Position numbers and translations under genes: made by a program | Notes under the pieces: generated by a model | What the model saw: only the letters and a program-made list of their open reading frames with translations | Databases searched by the model: none | Told to the model about the DNA's origin: nothing | Origin: a virus | IMG/VR virus record: IMGVR_UViG_3300036766_001333 | Span: 13,881-77,880 of that record | Reading direction: 5' to 3' (one strand) | Length of the DNA: 64,000 nt | Shown: piece after piece, positions 30,644-39,860 of the stretch | Layout: each line of letters starts with the position of its first letter | How positions within the stretch are numbered: position 1 is the first letter of the stretch

Positions 30644-31194
30644 CAATTCCCTTTCCCTGTATTCTTGTTTCTAAATTTCCTAACCCTTTGGTTTTTAGTT
30701 TTAATGACCTCTTGTCCTCCAGTTTTAAGGTCATTAGTCCCTTGACCTTCAGTTTTAACAATGCCTTGTCCTTCAGTTTTAAGGTCTTTAGTGCCTTGCC
30801 CTTCAGTTTTAGTAGGGGTTTGCCCTTCAGTTTTAAGGTCTTTAGTACCTTGCCCTTCAGTTTTAGTAGGGGTTTGACTAACATTCAATTCTTTATCTTG
30901 TCCTCCTAATTTAAGTTCATTTGTAGATTGACCTTGAACTTTACCTGGAGTTCGAGCAGCACTTAAATCTTTAGTGTTTTGTCCTTTAATCTTTGAAGTT
31001 TTAGTCCCTTGTCCTTCAGAAATTATAGATGTTTGATTACTTATACAATGTGGAAGTGAAGCGGTATTTAGTGGTGGCGCAGTGCTTCTAAGCTCTGCAA
31101 AGGCAGAAGCATTGAAATGTTCATTTATCTTTGCAGAGCCATCAAATATTGGAATCGTCTGCAAATTCTGCATCCTTAACTGAATTAATGGCAT
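30640..31194 (-). CDS. Low-complexity protein with KTEGQ repeats
   Basis: TPTKTEGQGTKDLKTEGQ twice plus further degenerate units; GATATATA upstream on the minus strand. Confidence 0.6.
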   Translation of the reverse strand: MPLIQLRMQNLQTIPIFDGSAKINEHFNASAFAELRSTAPPLNTASLPHCISNQTSIISEGQGTKTSKIKGQNTKDLSAARTPGKVQGQSTNELKLGGQDKELNVSQTPTKTEGQGTKDLKTEGQTPTKTEGQGTKDLKTEGQGIVKTEGQGTNDLKTGGQEVIKTKNQRVRKFRNKNTGKGNC

Positions 31195-31232
31195 AAACTC
31201 TTCAAGTATATATCAATATCTGAAATGGTTTA

Positions 31233-31330
31233 GTGAATTGCCCTACCCTAAAAGTAGATGGCTTCGTATATCATCCTTAACCAACTGAAAGTTCAATCGG
31301 GTTTCCTAAGTCCATACGCTTTAATTCCCG
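31233..31330 (-). ncRNA. Probable TnpB omega-RNA / IS200-IS605 right end
   Basis: Minus strand reads GAAGCCATCTACTTTTAGGGTAGGGCAATTCAC (subterminal hairpin ending TTCAC) just after tnpB; the 5' boundary is uncertain. Confidence 0.6.
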
Positions 31331-32432
31331 TAATTCCTACGGTACTCATTCCTTGTTTCAATATCATTCTAGATGCATTGTAATCACGGTCATGTACTTT
31401 ACCACAAACGCATGTCCAAGTGCGATCTTTAAGTTTTAGATTTTGATTTATCCATCCACAATCCTCACAAGTTTTACTAGATGGAAACCAACGATCTACC
31501 CTTCCTATAATGCGTCCGTACCAATTAGATTTATATTCTAATTGACGATTAGTTTCATAGAAGGCGGCATCTTGTATCGCTCCTGCTAGACAATGATTTT
31601 TCATCATGTTCTGCACTGCCAAATCTTCAAGAATTATTACTTGATTTTCGTTAATAATCTTTCTGGTTATTTGGTGCAGATGGTTTGTTCTGATATTCTT
31701 GATTTTCTGATGTATCTTTGTTAATTTTTTTCTTATTTTTTCTCTATTTTTGCTCCCTTTCTTTTTCCTGCAAAAATTTCTCTGGAGACGTTTCATCTTT
31801 CTCTGTAAAGTTTTATATGGTTTGATATTTTCATACTTTGTGCCATCTGAACACGTTGCGAGTGTTTTTATCCCTAAATCTATACCTACTGCTTTATCGG
31901 TTTTTGGCAACTCTGGAATTTCTCTTTCTACAGTAATACTAACATAATATTCTCCACTTTTATTTTTGCTAACCGTAGCAAATTTGATTTCTCCTTCAAT
32001 ATTACGGTGTTTGACCATTGTGATGCCTTCAAGAAACTTCGGAATATAAAGTTTATAATCGTCTACCTTGACCGATTGTGGTACTCGAAACGATTGGTAT
32101 GAGTGTTTGGACTTATATTTAGGAAACCTAGCCCTACCTGCGAAGAAATTGTTATATGCACCATCCAAACACTTCAGAGAATACTGTAAACTCTGACTAC
32201 CAACTTCTTTTAGCCACACCAAAGACTTCTTCAATTCTGTTAATTCCTTAGCATTGTCATAGTAATTGAGACTGGTCTTGTCGGCAAGGTAGGCATTTTT
32301 TCTTCTGGTCAAAAAGTAATTATAGAGATATCGTGTCGCTCCAAAGTGTTTAGCTAATAAAATACATTGGGCTTCTGTAGGATAAAGTCTAAAACGGTAA
32401 GAGCACATGAACATTCTTATGCTAGTTTCCAT
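31293..32432 (-). mobile_element. tnpB: RNA-guided endonuclease TnpB (IS200/IS605 family), no tnpA
   Basis: YRFRLYPT HTH, RuvC GIDLG / ILEDL / HDRDYNA, Zn finger CEDC...CVC. Confidence 0.92.
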
Positions 32433-32491
32433 TCTAGTATAATATAGTATACTAATAAGTTTTTTTGCTGTATATGATAAATACAATAGTT

Positions 32492-33058
32492 ATGAGCGAA
32501 ACATTTACAGAGCTAAATCCTGGTAGTGGCGGTGACGTATTTGATGAAGAACTGGTTTCCGGGTTCCCTGTCGCTCCAATAGACAGAAAAAGAGAAAGAG
32601 TTCAAATAGCTGGAGCCACAAGATTTGAAATAGCTCGTGTAATTAATACTAATCCAACTGGCACCGAATATGCAGTTGTAACACGAAATATAGCTTCTGG
32701 CATTCAATCAATTTCTTTGCCTGGTACTCCCGTAGTAGAATTTGGAACAATAGCTTTAGTTCCAGCTTCAACGGAGACTACCGTAGTTTCTTATGTTGTT
32801 CCGGCCCTTAAAGTATTTTATGGCATGGGATTTATTGCATCTGGCGACGTAGATGGCAGATATGTTTTTTATATAAATGCAACAGCAAAGATTGCAGCGA
32901 GATCATCAGTAGCAGAACCTACTGCAAACATTGATTTTAAATTTGTCTCACCAATAGCAGTGGCAGGACAAACAATAACTATAAAAGCAACCCACTATGC
33001 TACAGGAATTTTAGCAGAATTTGAAGCTACTATTTTAGGTTACTTAATAGATGTTTAG
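32492..33058 (+). CDS. Probable virion structural protein (beta-rich)
   Basis: GATAAATA 8 nt before the ATG; Thr/Ala/Val-rich. Confidence 0.5.
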   Translation: MSETFTELNPGSGGDVFDEELVSGFPVAPIDRKRERVQIAGATRFEIARVINTNPTGTEYAVVTRNIASGIQSISLPGTPVVEFGTIALVPASTETTVVSYVVPALKVFYGMGFIASGDVDGRYVFYINATAKIAARSSVAEPTANIDFKFVSPIAVAGQTITIKATHYATGILAEFEATILGYLIDV

Positions 33059-33097
33059 ACTTGATTTAAAAGTGAAAATGAAGTACAAGATTAGATT

Positions 33098-34015
33098 ATG
33101 GCTTATCGTATTCTAAGCATTGATGGCGGAGGAATTTATGGTGCAATTTCAGCCACATTAATAGAAAGAATTCATAAAAAATACCCAAATTTCTTAAACA
33201 GTGTAGATTTATACGCAGGAACTTCTATTGGTGGCGTAATTTCTCTTTTAATTGCAAACGATTTTCACCCTAATGAAATCAAACAATTCTTTCTGAGATA
33301 TCCACCAATTATTTTTGAAAATAATTTCTTAAGAAGAATATTAAATTATTTTGGCATCACGGCAAAATACTCTAACAGAAATTTAACTTATGTGCTTTCT
33401 AAATATTTTGGTGATAAAACGTTAGGCAATTTACACAAAAAAGTTTTAATTCCTGCTTTTGCAATAAATTGTTGTGCAGGGCCGTCACAATGGCGAGCAA
33501 AAATATATCACAATTTTGAAGGATCGGATTCAGATAAAAATGAGAGCATAGCAAAAGTTGCATTAAGAACCACTGCTGCTCCTGTGTATTTCCCAATATT
33601 TGAAAACTATATTGATGGCACTCTAGTAGAAAATAATCCATCAATGTGTGCGATTGCTCAAACTCAAGATAATCGTGCCATAATAAATCCTCGGCCTGCC
33701 TTGAAAGATATAAAGTTAATTTCAATTGGAAGAGAACAAACGAACCATTATATCCAAGGGAAAAATTTAGACTATGGTTTCTTAAGATGGGTGAAGCCAT
33801 TAGTTCAGATGACTTTAGATAGGGATTGTAGAGTTGTACATTATCAAGTTGAAAAAATATTAGAAGAAAATAATTATTACAGACTTGCGCCAGTCCTTTC
33901 TCCAACCTTAGATAAAGGAATTGATAATTGGAGAAAAACAAATAGTATAATAAATGTTGCAAATCAATTTAATTTGGATGATGCATTCCAGTGGATTGAA
34001 AAAAATTGGTACTAA
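33098..34015 (+). CDS. Patatin-like phospholipase
   Basis: LSIDGGG, GTSIG, TAAPVYF, YIDG motifs. Confidence 0.9.
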   Translation: MAYRILSIDGGGIYGAISATLIERIHKKYPNFLNSVDLYAGTSIGGVISLLIANDFHPNEIKQFFLRYPPIIFENNFLRRILNYFGITAKYSNRNLTYVLSKYFGDKTLGNLHKKVLIPAFAINCCAGPSQWRAKIYHNFEGSDSDKNESIAKVALRTTAAPVYFPIFENYIDGTLVENNPSMCAIAQTQDNRAIINPRPALKDIKLISIGREQTNHYIQGKNLDYGFLRWVKPLVQMTLDRDCRVVHYQVEKILEENNYYRLAPVLSPTLDKGIDNWRKTNSIINVANQFNLDDAFQWIEKNWY

Positions 34016-34443
34016 CAACCATCTGGCTTAATTTGAATTTGATTAGGTTGAAATCTTACAATGTACCCAGCTAACGCCGGAATTGGTACTAATAAAGCCC
34101 CAAAAAATAACATGTTGCCTTCACCATAATTACCATCATCTATAATGGCAATGTCAGTAATTGTTCCCCAAGTTTTTTTTGCCATAGGGAAAGAAATAAA
34201 ATTTTTATTAGTTACAAGCCCTGCTAATCCTAAATTCCAATTAATATCACCGGGATTTATTACTTGCCTGGAATAATTATTTCCAGGCTCATTTAAAACT
34301 TCTGGTATTGTAGCTCCAGTGTTACTTTTATTAGGGGATGAAGTGCATAAAGCAATAGCTATATTATTTGGTTTCGGCAAATGACCGTGTTCAAAAATAT
34401 GAGACATTACCTGATTTTCTAAATAACTACTCATTCCAGACAT
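34012..34443 (-). CDS. Phage tail-associated structural protein
   Basis: SYLEN...IALCT...YSRQ...ISFP.A...WGTIT...GNMLFFG pattern. Confidence 0.6.
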   Translation of the reverse strand: MSGMSSYLENQVMSHIFEHGHLPKPNNIAIALCTSSPNKSNTGATIPEVLNEPGNNYSRQVINPGDINWNLGLAGLVTNKNFISFPMAKKTWGTITDIAIIDDGNYGEGNMLFFGALLVPIPALAGYIVRFQPNQIQIKPDGC

Positions 34444-35963
34444 TAAAATCTTACCTTTTTAGAAACAATAGTCATCGGAATTGGATTTCCGCATTTAGAA
34501 ACAGATGCAGTCGAACAAACAGGTTTTTTCTTGCCACTACAGCTACAACCTCCATTATTTTCTGGTTTAAAAGCTTTAAGATATTCTGGCTGTCCTGGAA
34601 GTTGATTGTTATTGAAACATTTTGAAAAATGACTTCTTATCAAGTTACCATCATTTGTTAATTCAAATGGACTTAATTTATCAGGACGAATCATATCATG
34701 ATGCTTAAGAAACTCAACGCAACAATGTGCATGTTCAATTAATTCTTCAATATCAGAAGATATAATACCAACACATTCTCCAGTTCCATTGAATTCATAA
34801 AATGTATCATTGGGAGCTTCTACATTCATCATGAAATGTGGCAATGGCAATAATTCCGTTTTCTTGTTACGCACTGCAATAACATTACTTTCTTCCATAA
34901 TTTCATCTGAAGCTTCAATTGATGGTTGAAACAACATCCAATTCAAATCTATCATTGGTTTAACAGGCTCACGCAAAATACCTCTTTTAATAAACGCTTG
35001 ATTCATTATGGAATTATAAGAATAATTATTGCCTTTGTCTACAACTAACATAGATTTTGCAATTGAATCATAAAACCTAATATTTGCAGGAGCCATTCTA
35101 AGACTTCTAAAAGTATATCTGGCCATCGTATCTCTTGCCTTAATTAAAGCAGCTTTAGGAGGTAAAGTTTGTTTTTCTACTTCGTATATGCCAACTAGAA
35201 TGTCATACCATACCCCTGTAAAAACTCTACTAAAATTATGTGGCTCTGATGTTAATTGATCGTCTCTGCCTTGACGTGGTAAAGTTTCAGGCTGACTATA
35301 ATTAAAATCATTAACTGCATTCCTTAAAAACCCAGCAGAATAACCCATTCTACCTCCAGTCATATGATAAATAGCAGCACCCATTTCTTCGGCAAGACGA
35401 GTTGCAACATTAGGCTTACGCAAATCACCAGCAGTTTCTTGAATCATTGTGTCTAAAACAAGATCATGTTGAAGAAGGTTAATAATTGCATGAATGTCAC
35501 CAAATGATTCATGAAATGCCCATATTTCCATAGCTTGCACATTGTATAAATCAGGACGTAAAGCATCTAATAAGGCATGACCTAATTCATGTGCCACAAC
35601 ATCTGTTGAATTTGAAGCATAAACCATATTTTTAGTTACTGGATCGGTTGCATAAAAGAACTTTAAACCCATACGATCATAATAAGCATTTAATTGCTTG
35701 CCTGCCCTTGGCTCTACAAGCAAAGTTTGTACAGATGACCATTTCTCTACAGGTTTTAGTAAAGTTGCATTAATTAAATTAATAGCGTTAACTATAGTAT
35801 TATAACAACATGCAGCTTGATGTTCTAAAGAATAAAGAACAGTTGTAGCACCTCTATATCCATCTACTTTAAAATCTAATACGCCAGGTCTAGCTGGTAG
35901 TTGCACTTGTTCAACAAGATTAGGAGTACTAGGATCATTAAGAATATAAGTTATGTCTGCCAT
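34443..35963 (-). CDS. Zinc metallopeptidase (M4/M36 gluzincin-like)
   Basis: NAYY, VAHELGH, FHESFGD, EPH motifs; likely start MADITY at 35963. Confidence 0.85.
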   Translation of the reverse strand: MADITYILNDPSTPNLVEQVQLPARPGVLDFKVDGYRGATTVLYSLEHQAACCYNTIVNAINLINATLLKPVEKWSSVQTLLVEPRAGKQLNAYYDRMGLKFFYATDPVTKNMVYASNSTDVVAHELGHALLDALRPDLYNVQAMEIWAFHESFGDIHAIINLLQHDLVLDTMIQETAGDLRKPNVATRLAEEMGAAIYHMTGGRMGYSAGFLRNAVNDFNYSQPETLPRQGRDDQLTSEPHNFSRVFTGVWYDILVGIYEVEKQTLPPKAALIKARDTMARYTFRSLRMAPANIRFYDSIAKSMLVVDKGNNYSYNSIMNQAFIKRGILREPVKPMIDLNWMLFQPSIEASDEIMEESNVIAVRNKKTELLPLPHFMMNVEAPNDTFYEFNGTGECVGIISSDIEELIEHAHCCVEFLKHHDMIRPDKLSPFELTNDGNLIRSHFSKCFNNNQLPGQPEYLKAFKPENNGGCSCSGKKKPVCSTASVSKCGNPIPMTIVSKKVRF

Positions 35964-35983
35964 ATAACTATATATCCACATCT

Positions 35984-36520
35984 ATGTTTGAAGAAAAAGA
36001 AAAAATCATAAAAGAAAAAAGACTAGCTGAAGTCGTTGATAAAGACTTTTTAGGCTTAAGTGGCAAGTTCGGATGTATTCTTAGACATTTAGGGCATCCT
36101 GTTGTAGAACAAGGCAGTTCATGGATTACAAACTCGCCTCCAATTGATGTATGGGCGATTCCAGGGGAAGAAGAAATACCAACTTTAGATAGATATGAAT
36201 CAACAACAGAAGTAGGGAGATTCTTTGATGGCTTACCTTATGGAATGCATTTAGAAATAAAATATACAGAAGAAGAAAAAACATTGACAGTATATTACAA
36301 AGGTTATATGGTGTATTGCGAAGAAGCAAGCGATCTTAAGTGTTTTGTTCCCCACAAAGAATGGGAAGAATTAATAGAAAGATTATATCGAATAGCAAAG
36401 AAAGAAGAACCACAATACAAGGAAGATGCAGCTTTAGAAAAGAAAATGGAAGATAAAAGGGATAAATTAAACTTCTTAGAAAAGCTTAAAAAAGAATGGG
36501 GATTTAATATATGGAGCTAA
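35984..36520 (+). CDS. Hypothetical protein
   Basis: 178 aa; ACTATATA upstream. Confidence 0.6.
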   Translation: MFEEKEKIIKEKRLAEVVDKDFLGLSGKFGCILRHLGHPVVEQGSSWITNSPPIDVWAIPGEEEIPTLDRYESTTEVGRFFDGLPYGMHLEIKYTEEEKTLTVYYKGYMVYCEEASDLKCFVPHKEWEELIERLYRIAKKEEPQYKEDAALEKKMEDKRDKLNFLEKLKKEWGFNIWS

Positions 36521-36789
36521 AAATTCTATTAAAAGAACTTGCAAAATATGGGGTTCCAGAAAGCGAAGTTCTTAAGCTTATTAAACCAAAAACTCCAAAA
36601 TTCAAAGCTATTGTTAGATATAATAGAGGATTAGGTCCAGAATTCACTAATCTTAATATAATAGAAGCAGAAAACTTAACTGAAGCCAATAGATTAGCAG
36701 TTGAAGAAGCAGAGCTTTTTTTCAAAACCAAAGAAGGATTTGAAAAAGCTGTAATTATAGAAATTAGATTACAGCATGTTAAGGAGTAA
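36511..36789 (+). CDS. Hypothetical protein
   Basis: 92 aa, overlapping the upstream stop. Confidence 0.55.
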   Translation: MELKILLKELAKYGVPESEVLKLIKPKTPKFKAIVRYNRGLGPEFTNLNIIEAENLTEANRLAVEEAELFFKTKEGFEKAVIIEIRLQHVKE

Positions 36790-37603
36790 CCAAATCTAAA
36801 CTTGTCAAAACGTAAGGTTCTTCAGTAATTTGATCTGGACTTGAGTTCATGCCCGTATAAACGTATTTAATCTTTTTAGCCAACCAACCTTCCATAGCTC
36901 CTGCTGGATATTCTATAATCTCCGTTATTCTTCCTGACATATCTAATGTCATTTTTCTAAAAGTAAAGACTTCAGAACGACCACGTAACATTTGCCAATC
37001 TTCTTGAGGAGATGTATAATCAAATCCAGCATCAGTAATAATAGCTTGGTCAACAGCATCAGATGTATCCAATCCAATCAACATCCCAACGGAATCTGGA
37101 AACACAAACCGATTCGCTATTGTATGTCTTGAAAAATATACTGGTAATTCAGCAACACCAGCTTTTTTATTAAATCTTAACTTTTCTTCTGCTCCTGGAT
37201 TATCAATATAAACCCTAACCATTGGTTTTGGACGACCAGCCTTAGATTTAATTAAAACGGTCGCAGGACCAGTCGAACGAAATCGAGTAACTTCAGCAAC
37301 AAACATTTCAGAAAAAGTAAGATCAGCATTTAAAAGTGTAACTACTTCAAAAGCTGTTGTTGTTCCTGGAGAAGCACCGGCAACATTAACCGCTAATGCA
37401 GAATAATTCTTGAATTCAGTATCATAAGCATAATTTAAAGTTAATGTGGTAACTACAGAAAAATCATATGGCTCAGTATTCCAAGCTACCATAGCGTTCT
37501 GATAGTTTTTACTTCCTGGGACTATGAAGGTTAAAACGAACTTGTTATCGCCTAATATTAAAGTTCCTCTGAATTCTGAGTCAAATGGGTTCATGTAGAA
37601 CAT
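36779..37603 (-). CDS. Probable virion structural protein
   Basis: 274 aa; GCTAAATA on the minus strand at 37669-37676. Confidence 0.5.
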   Translation of the reverse strand: MFYMNPFDSEFRGTLILGDNKFVLTFIVPGSKNYQNAMVAWNTEPYDFSVVTTLTLNYAYDTEFKNYSALAVNVAGASPGTTTAFEVVTLLNADLTFSEMFVAEVTRFRSTGPATVLIKSKAGRPKPMVRVYIDNPGAEEKLRFNKKAGVAELPVYFSRHTIANRFVFPDSVGMLIGLDTSDAVDQAIITDAGFDYTSPQEDWQMLRGRSEVFTFRKMTLDMSGRITEIIEYPAGAMEGWLAKKIKYVYTGMNSSPDQITEEPYVLTSLDLVTP

Positions 37604-37678
37604 AACATTACCTTTTCTAACAAATTACGAATAAAATTACCATTCCATTTATAATCAACTTCAAATATTATTTAGCAA

Positions 37679-37975
37679 TCAAATACCAGTTTTTACTAAT
37701 TCTAATAAATTAAATCTTTGTAACGTAGACCAGTTAGGACCAGGAACACGATGTTTATTTCTACCAAGCTGACTCCATCTTGCTATTCTGGCACGATTGT
37801 AGCTTTTAACAGGAGCTACGTCTAACTTTCTAGTAATACTACCTTCCCTTAATTCGTATCCAGTAACAAAGTCTTTGTTGGACTCAATAATTAATATGGT
37901 ACGTCTTACAGGGTGGGAATGATTTCCTTTGTAATAAAACTTAGCGATTGGCGAATTTTTAACTATATCATACAT
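37679..37975 (-). CDS. Small WYL-like (SH3-fold) protein
   Basis: FYY......RRT.........GYELR...KSYNRARI resembles the WYL core; AAGGAG SD. Confidence 0.45.
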   Translation of the reverse strand: MYDIVKNSPIAKFYYKGNHSHPVRRTILIIESNKDFVTGYELREGSITRKLDVAPVKSYNRARIARWSQLGRNKHRVPGPNWSTLQRFNLLELVKTGI

Positions 37976-37985
37976 TCTAAACTCC

Positions 37986-38855
37986 TTAAACAGTAATTTT
38001 ATATGATAAACAATACCAAGGTATGCAAGGACGTATTATATCCAATAAATTATAATAAGACCTGCCCGATAAAACAAGCACAAATTGATTTTTATTATAC
38101 GTCTGCGGCTGTACATGGCTTTTTAACACAAAAGATGTATACAGTATATTTGACAAAAATTCTACCTCTCTTTTTGTAAACCCTTGAGTGCATAACGTAC
38201 AATGCTTTTGTCTTTTTTGAGGACAATTACTCCCGTCATCTAAGAACCACATTGCCAATGTTTCAGGATTTATAGTGATATCTTTGGGAACTATTTTAAT
38301 ATATTTCTTGTCGCCAGGAATATACCATTTTTGCCATAAATTTGTAAATATTGGATGTGTTATTGTATTTACTACATAACCAGATTTTTTTAAATTTCCC
38401 TTTTCGTGTGTAATTTTACCTTTTGTTAAATTTATGATTTTTGAACGGCGTTTAACCAAGTATACTTTACAATTTTTCGTATACGGTAGCAATTGATCGT
38501 GTAACCATCTGATCGGCTCTAAGTATTTTTGTTGCTTTTTAAATTTACTATCACTCCATTTCCCGTTAGGTTTTTCTAACCATGCATCGCCAAGCATAGA
38601 ACCTAAAATTAAACTTTCTTGAAATGGAGTAAAAGATGGCAAGCTCAATTTATGAGTATTTTTATAATATCTTAGATCATTTAATTTCTTATAAAGTTCT
38701 TCAGGCCGAACTATATCTTTATAAAATACTCCATTTAAAATTCTACTGACAGTTGCAGCACTTATTGAATATTTTACAGAAAGTTCAACTTGTGAATATC
38801 CATTTAAATAATCATAAATTAATTTTTTAGCTTCATTTCTTCCTATTTTTATCAT
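37986..38855 (-). CDS. LAGLIDADG homing endonuclease with N-terminal HTH
   Basis: ILGSMLGDAWL and LAMWFLDDG motifs; SQVELSVKYSISAATVSRI HTH. Confidence 0.85.
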   Translation of the reverse strand: MIKIGRNEAKKLIYDYLNGYSQVELSVKYSISAATVSRILNGVFYKDIVRPEELYKKLNDLRYYKNTHKLSLPSFTPFQESLILGSMLGDAWLEKPNGKWSDSKFKKQQKYLEPIRWLHDQLLPYTKNCKVYLVKRRSKIINLTKGKITHEKGNLKKSGYVVNTITHPIFTNLWQKWYIPGDKKYIKIVPKDITINPETLAMWFLDDGSNCPQKRQKHCTLCTQGFTKREVEFLSNILYTSFVLKSHVQPQTYNKNQFVLVLSGRSYYNLLDIIRPCIPWYCLSYKITV

Positions 38856-39420
38856 TTAATTCACAATAAATATTTGTGGCATAGCTAGGATTTCCTAAGA
38901 GTTTACTAGAAAATCTAGAATCAGACAAGGGAACTTCAAAAAGTAAATTATTTTTTATAAAATTTGGCAAACTATTGGGATAGGCTTTAGACTCTGGCAT
39001 TTCTATCTCGGCCATAGCAAAATAAGTCTTATTTGTATAATCTTTAAAATAATCAATTTCCCACAATTCATCAGAATTGTGAATTAAATATCGTATTTTA
39101 TCTAATTTATTAAGGCAAAATGGCCAAATATCATTAAAATCTCGTTTTCCTATTTTTTTCTCTATTTCTACCGTTCTTCCTCCTCCATTCACCGTAGTTT
39201 TAAAAGTCATATAAAAACTAATTTTTTTATAATTCTTTACCTTTCTAAACCTTAAGGAAATGCCTCTTCCTGCCAGCAGATATCCTTGACTTATTAATAA
39301 TTTAGCCTCTGCCATTCTTTTTATAGAAGATTCAGAGGCTAAATTTAATATAAATTTTAATTCATTTTCTGTGGGAATTTTAGGCTCCAGATTTAATAAG
39401 TTGTTTAAGATGATCGACAT
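38833..39420 (-). CDS. CYTH-domain (triphosphate tunnel) protein; true start may be ATT at 39378
   Basis: ENELKF, QGYL, KIRY, WEIDYF, AEIE motifs. Confidence 0.85.
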   Translation of the reverse strand: MSIILNNLLNLEPKIPTENELKFILNLASESSIKRMAEAKLLISQGYLLAGRGISLRFRKVKNYKKISFYMTFKTTVNGGGRTVEIEKKIGKRDFNDIWPFCLNKLDKIRYLIHNSDELWEIDYFKDYTNKTYFAMAEIEMPESKAYPNSLPNFIKNNLLFEVPLSDSRFSSKLLGNPSYATNIYCELNDKNRKK

Positions 39421-39814
39421 CTTTTCTGCTTTTCATCAGTTGGTCTTCTAAAAAGATTTCAATCCACTTTCCATCAACGCCGCCAAGCAATGCTGCATCT
39501 GCCATCCTTTGAACATAATTTTTAGTAACTTCTTCTTCCATACTTAAAGCATATGATAAAATATCTGTAGGAAAAGTAAAATCGGTACGAAATTCTTTGA
39601 CATCTGTACTTGGGATGCCGCCTAACCCTAAAATCAAATCCCCAAACTGCTGAACATGCTGCATTTCTCCTTGAGCTTCCTCCATTAGAAACTCTCTTAG
39701 TTCCTCTCGATGCAGTCCATTTATAACAATTGCACTATATAAATAAAAGTGCATATGTTTATATTCGTTCCCTAAATCAGAATTCAAAAGATCAATCATT
39801 TTTTCTTTATTCAT
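39380..39814 (-). CDS. Bacterioferritin/ferritin-like protein
   Basis: LNSDLGNEY, EEAQGEMQH...ILGLGGIP, MEEEV four-helix pattern. Confidence 0.8.
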   Translation of the reverse strand: MNKEKMIDLLNSDLGNEYKHMHFYLYSAIVINGLHREELREFLMEEAQGEMQHVQQFGDLILGLGGIPSTDVKEFRTDFTFPTDILSYALSMEEEVTKNYVQRMADAALLGGVDGKWIEIFLEDQLMKSRKDVDHLKQLIKSGA

Positions 39815-39860
39815 TATTTCTCCAACTAAAGTAATATTAAATAACTAAATATAAAATAGT

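Noticed and set aside
33098-34015. Complete CBASS operon
   Set aside because: No CD-NTase or cap2/cap3 genes are adjacent.
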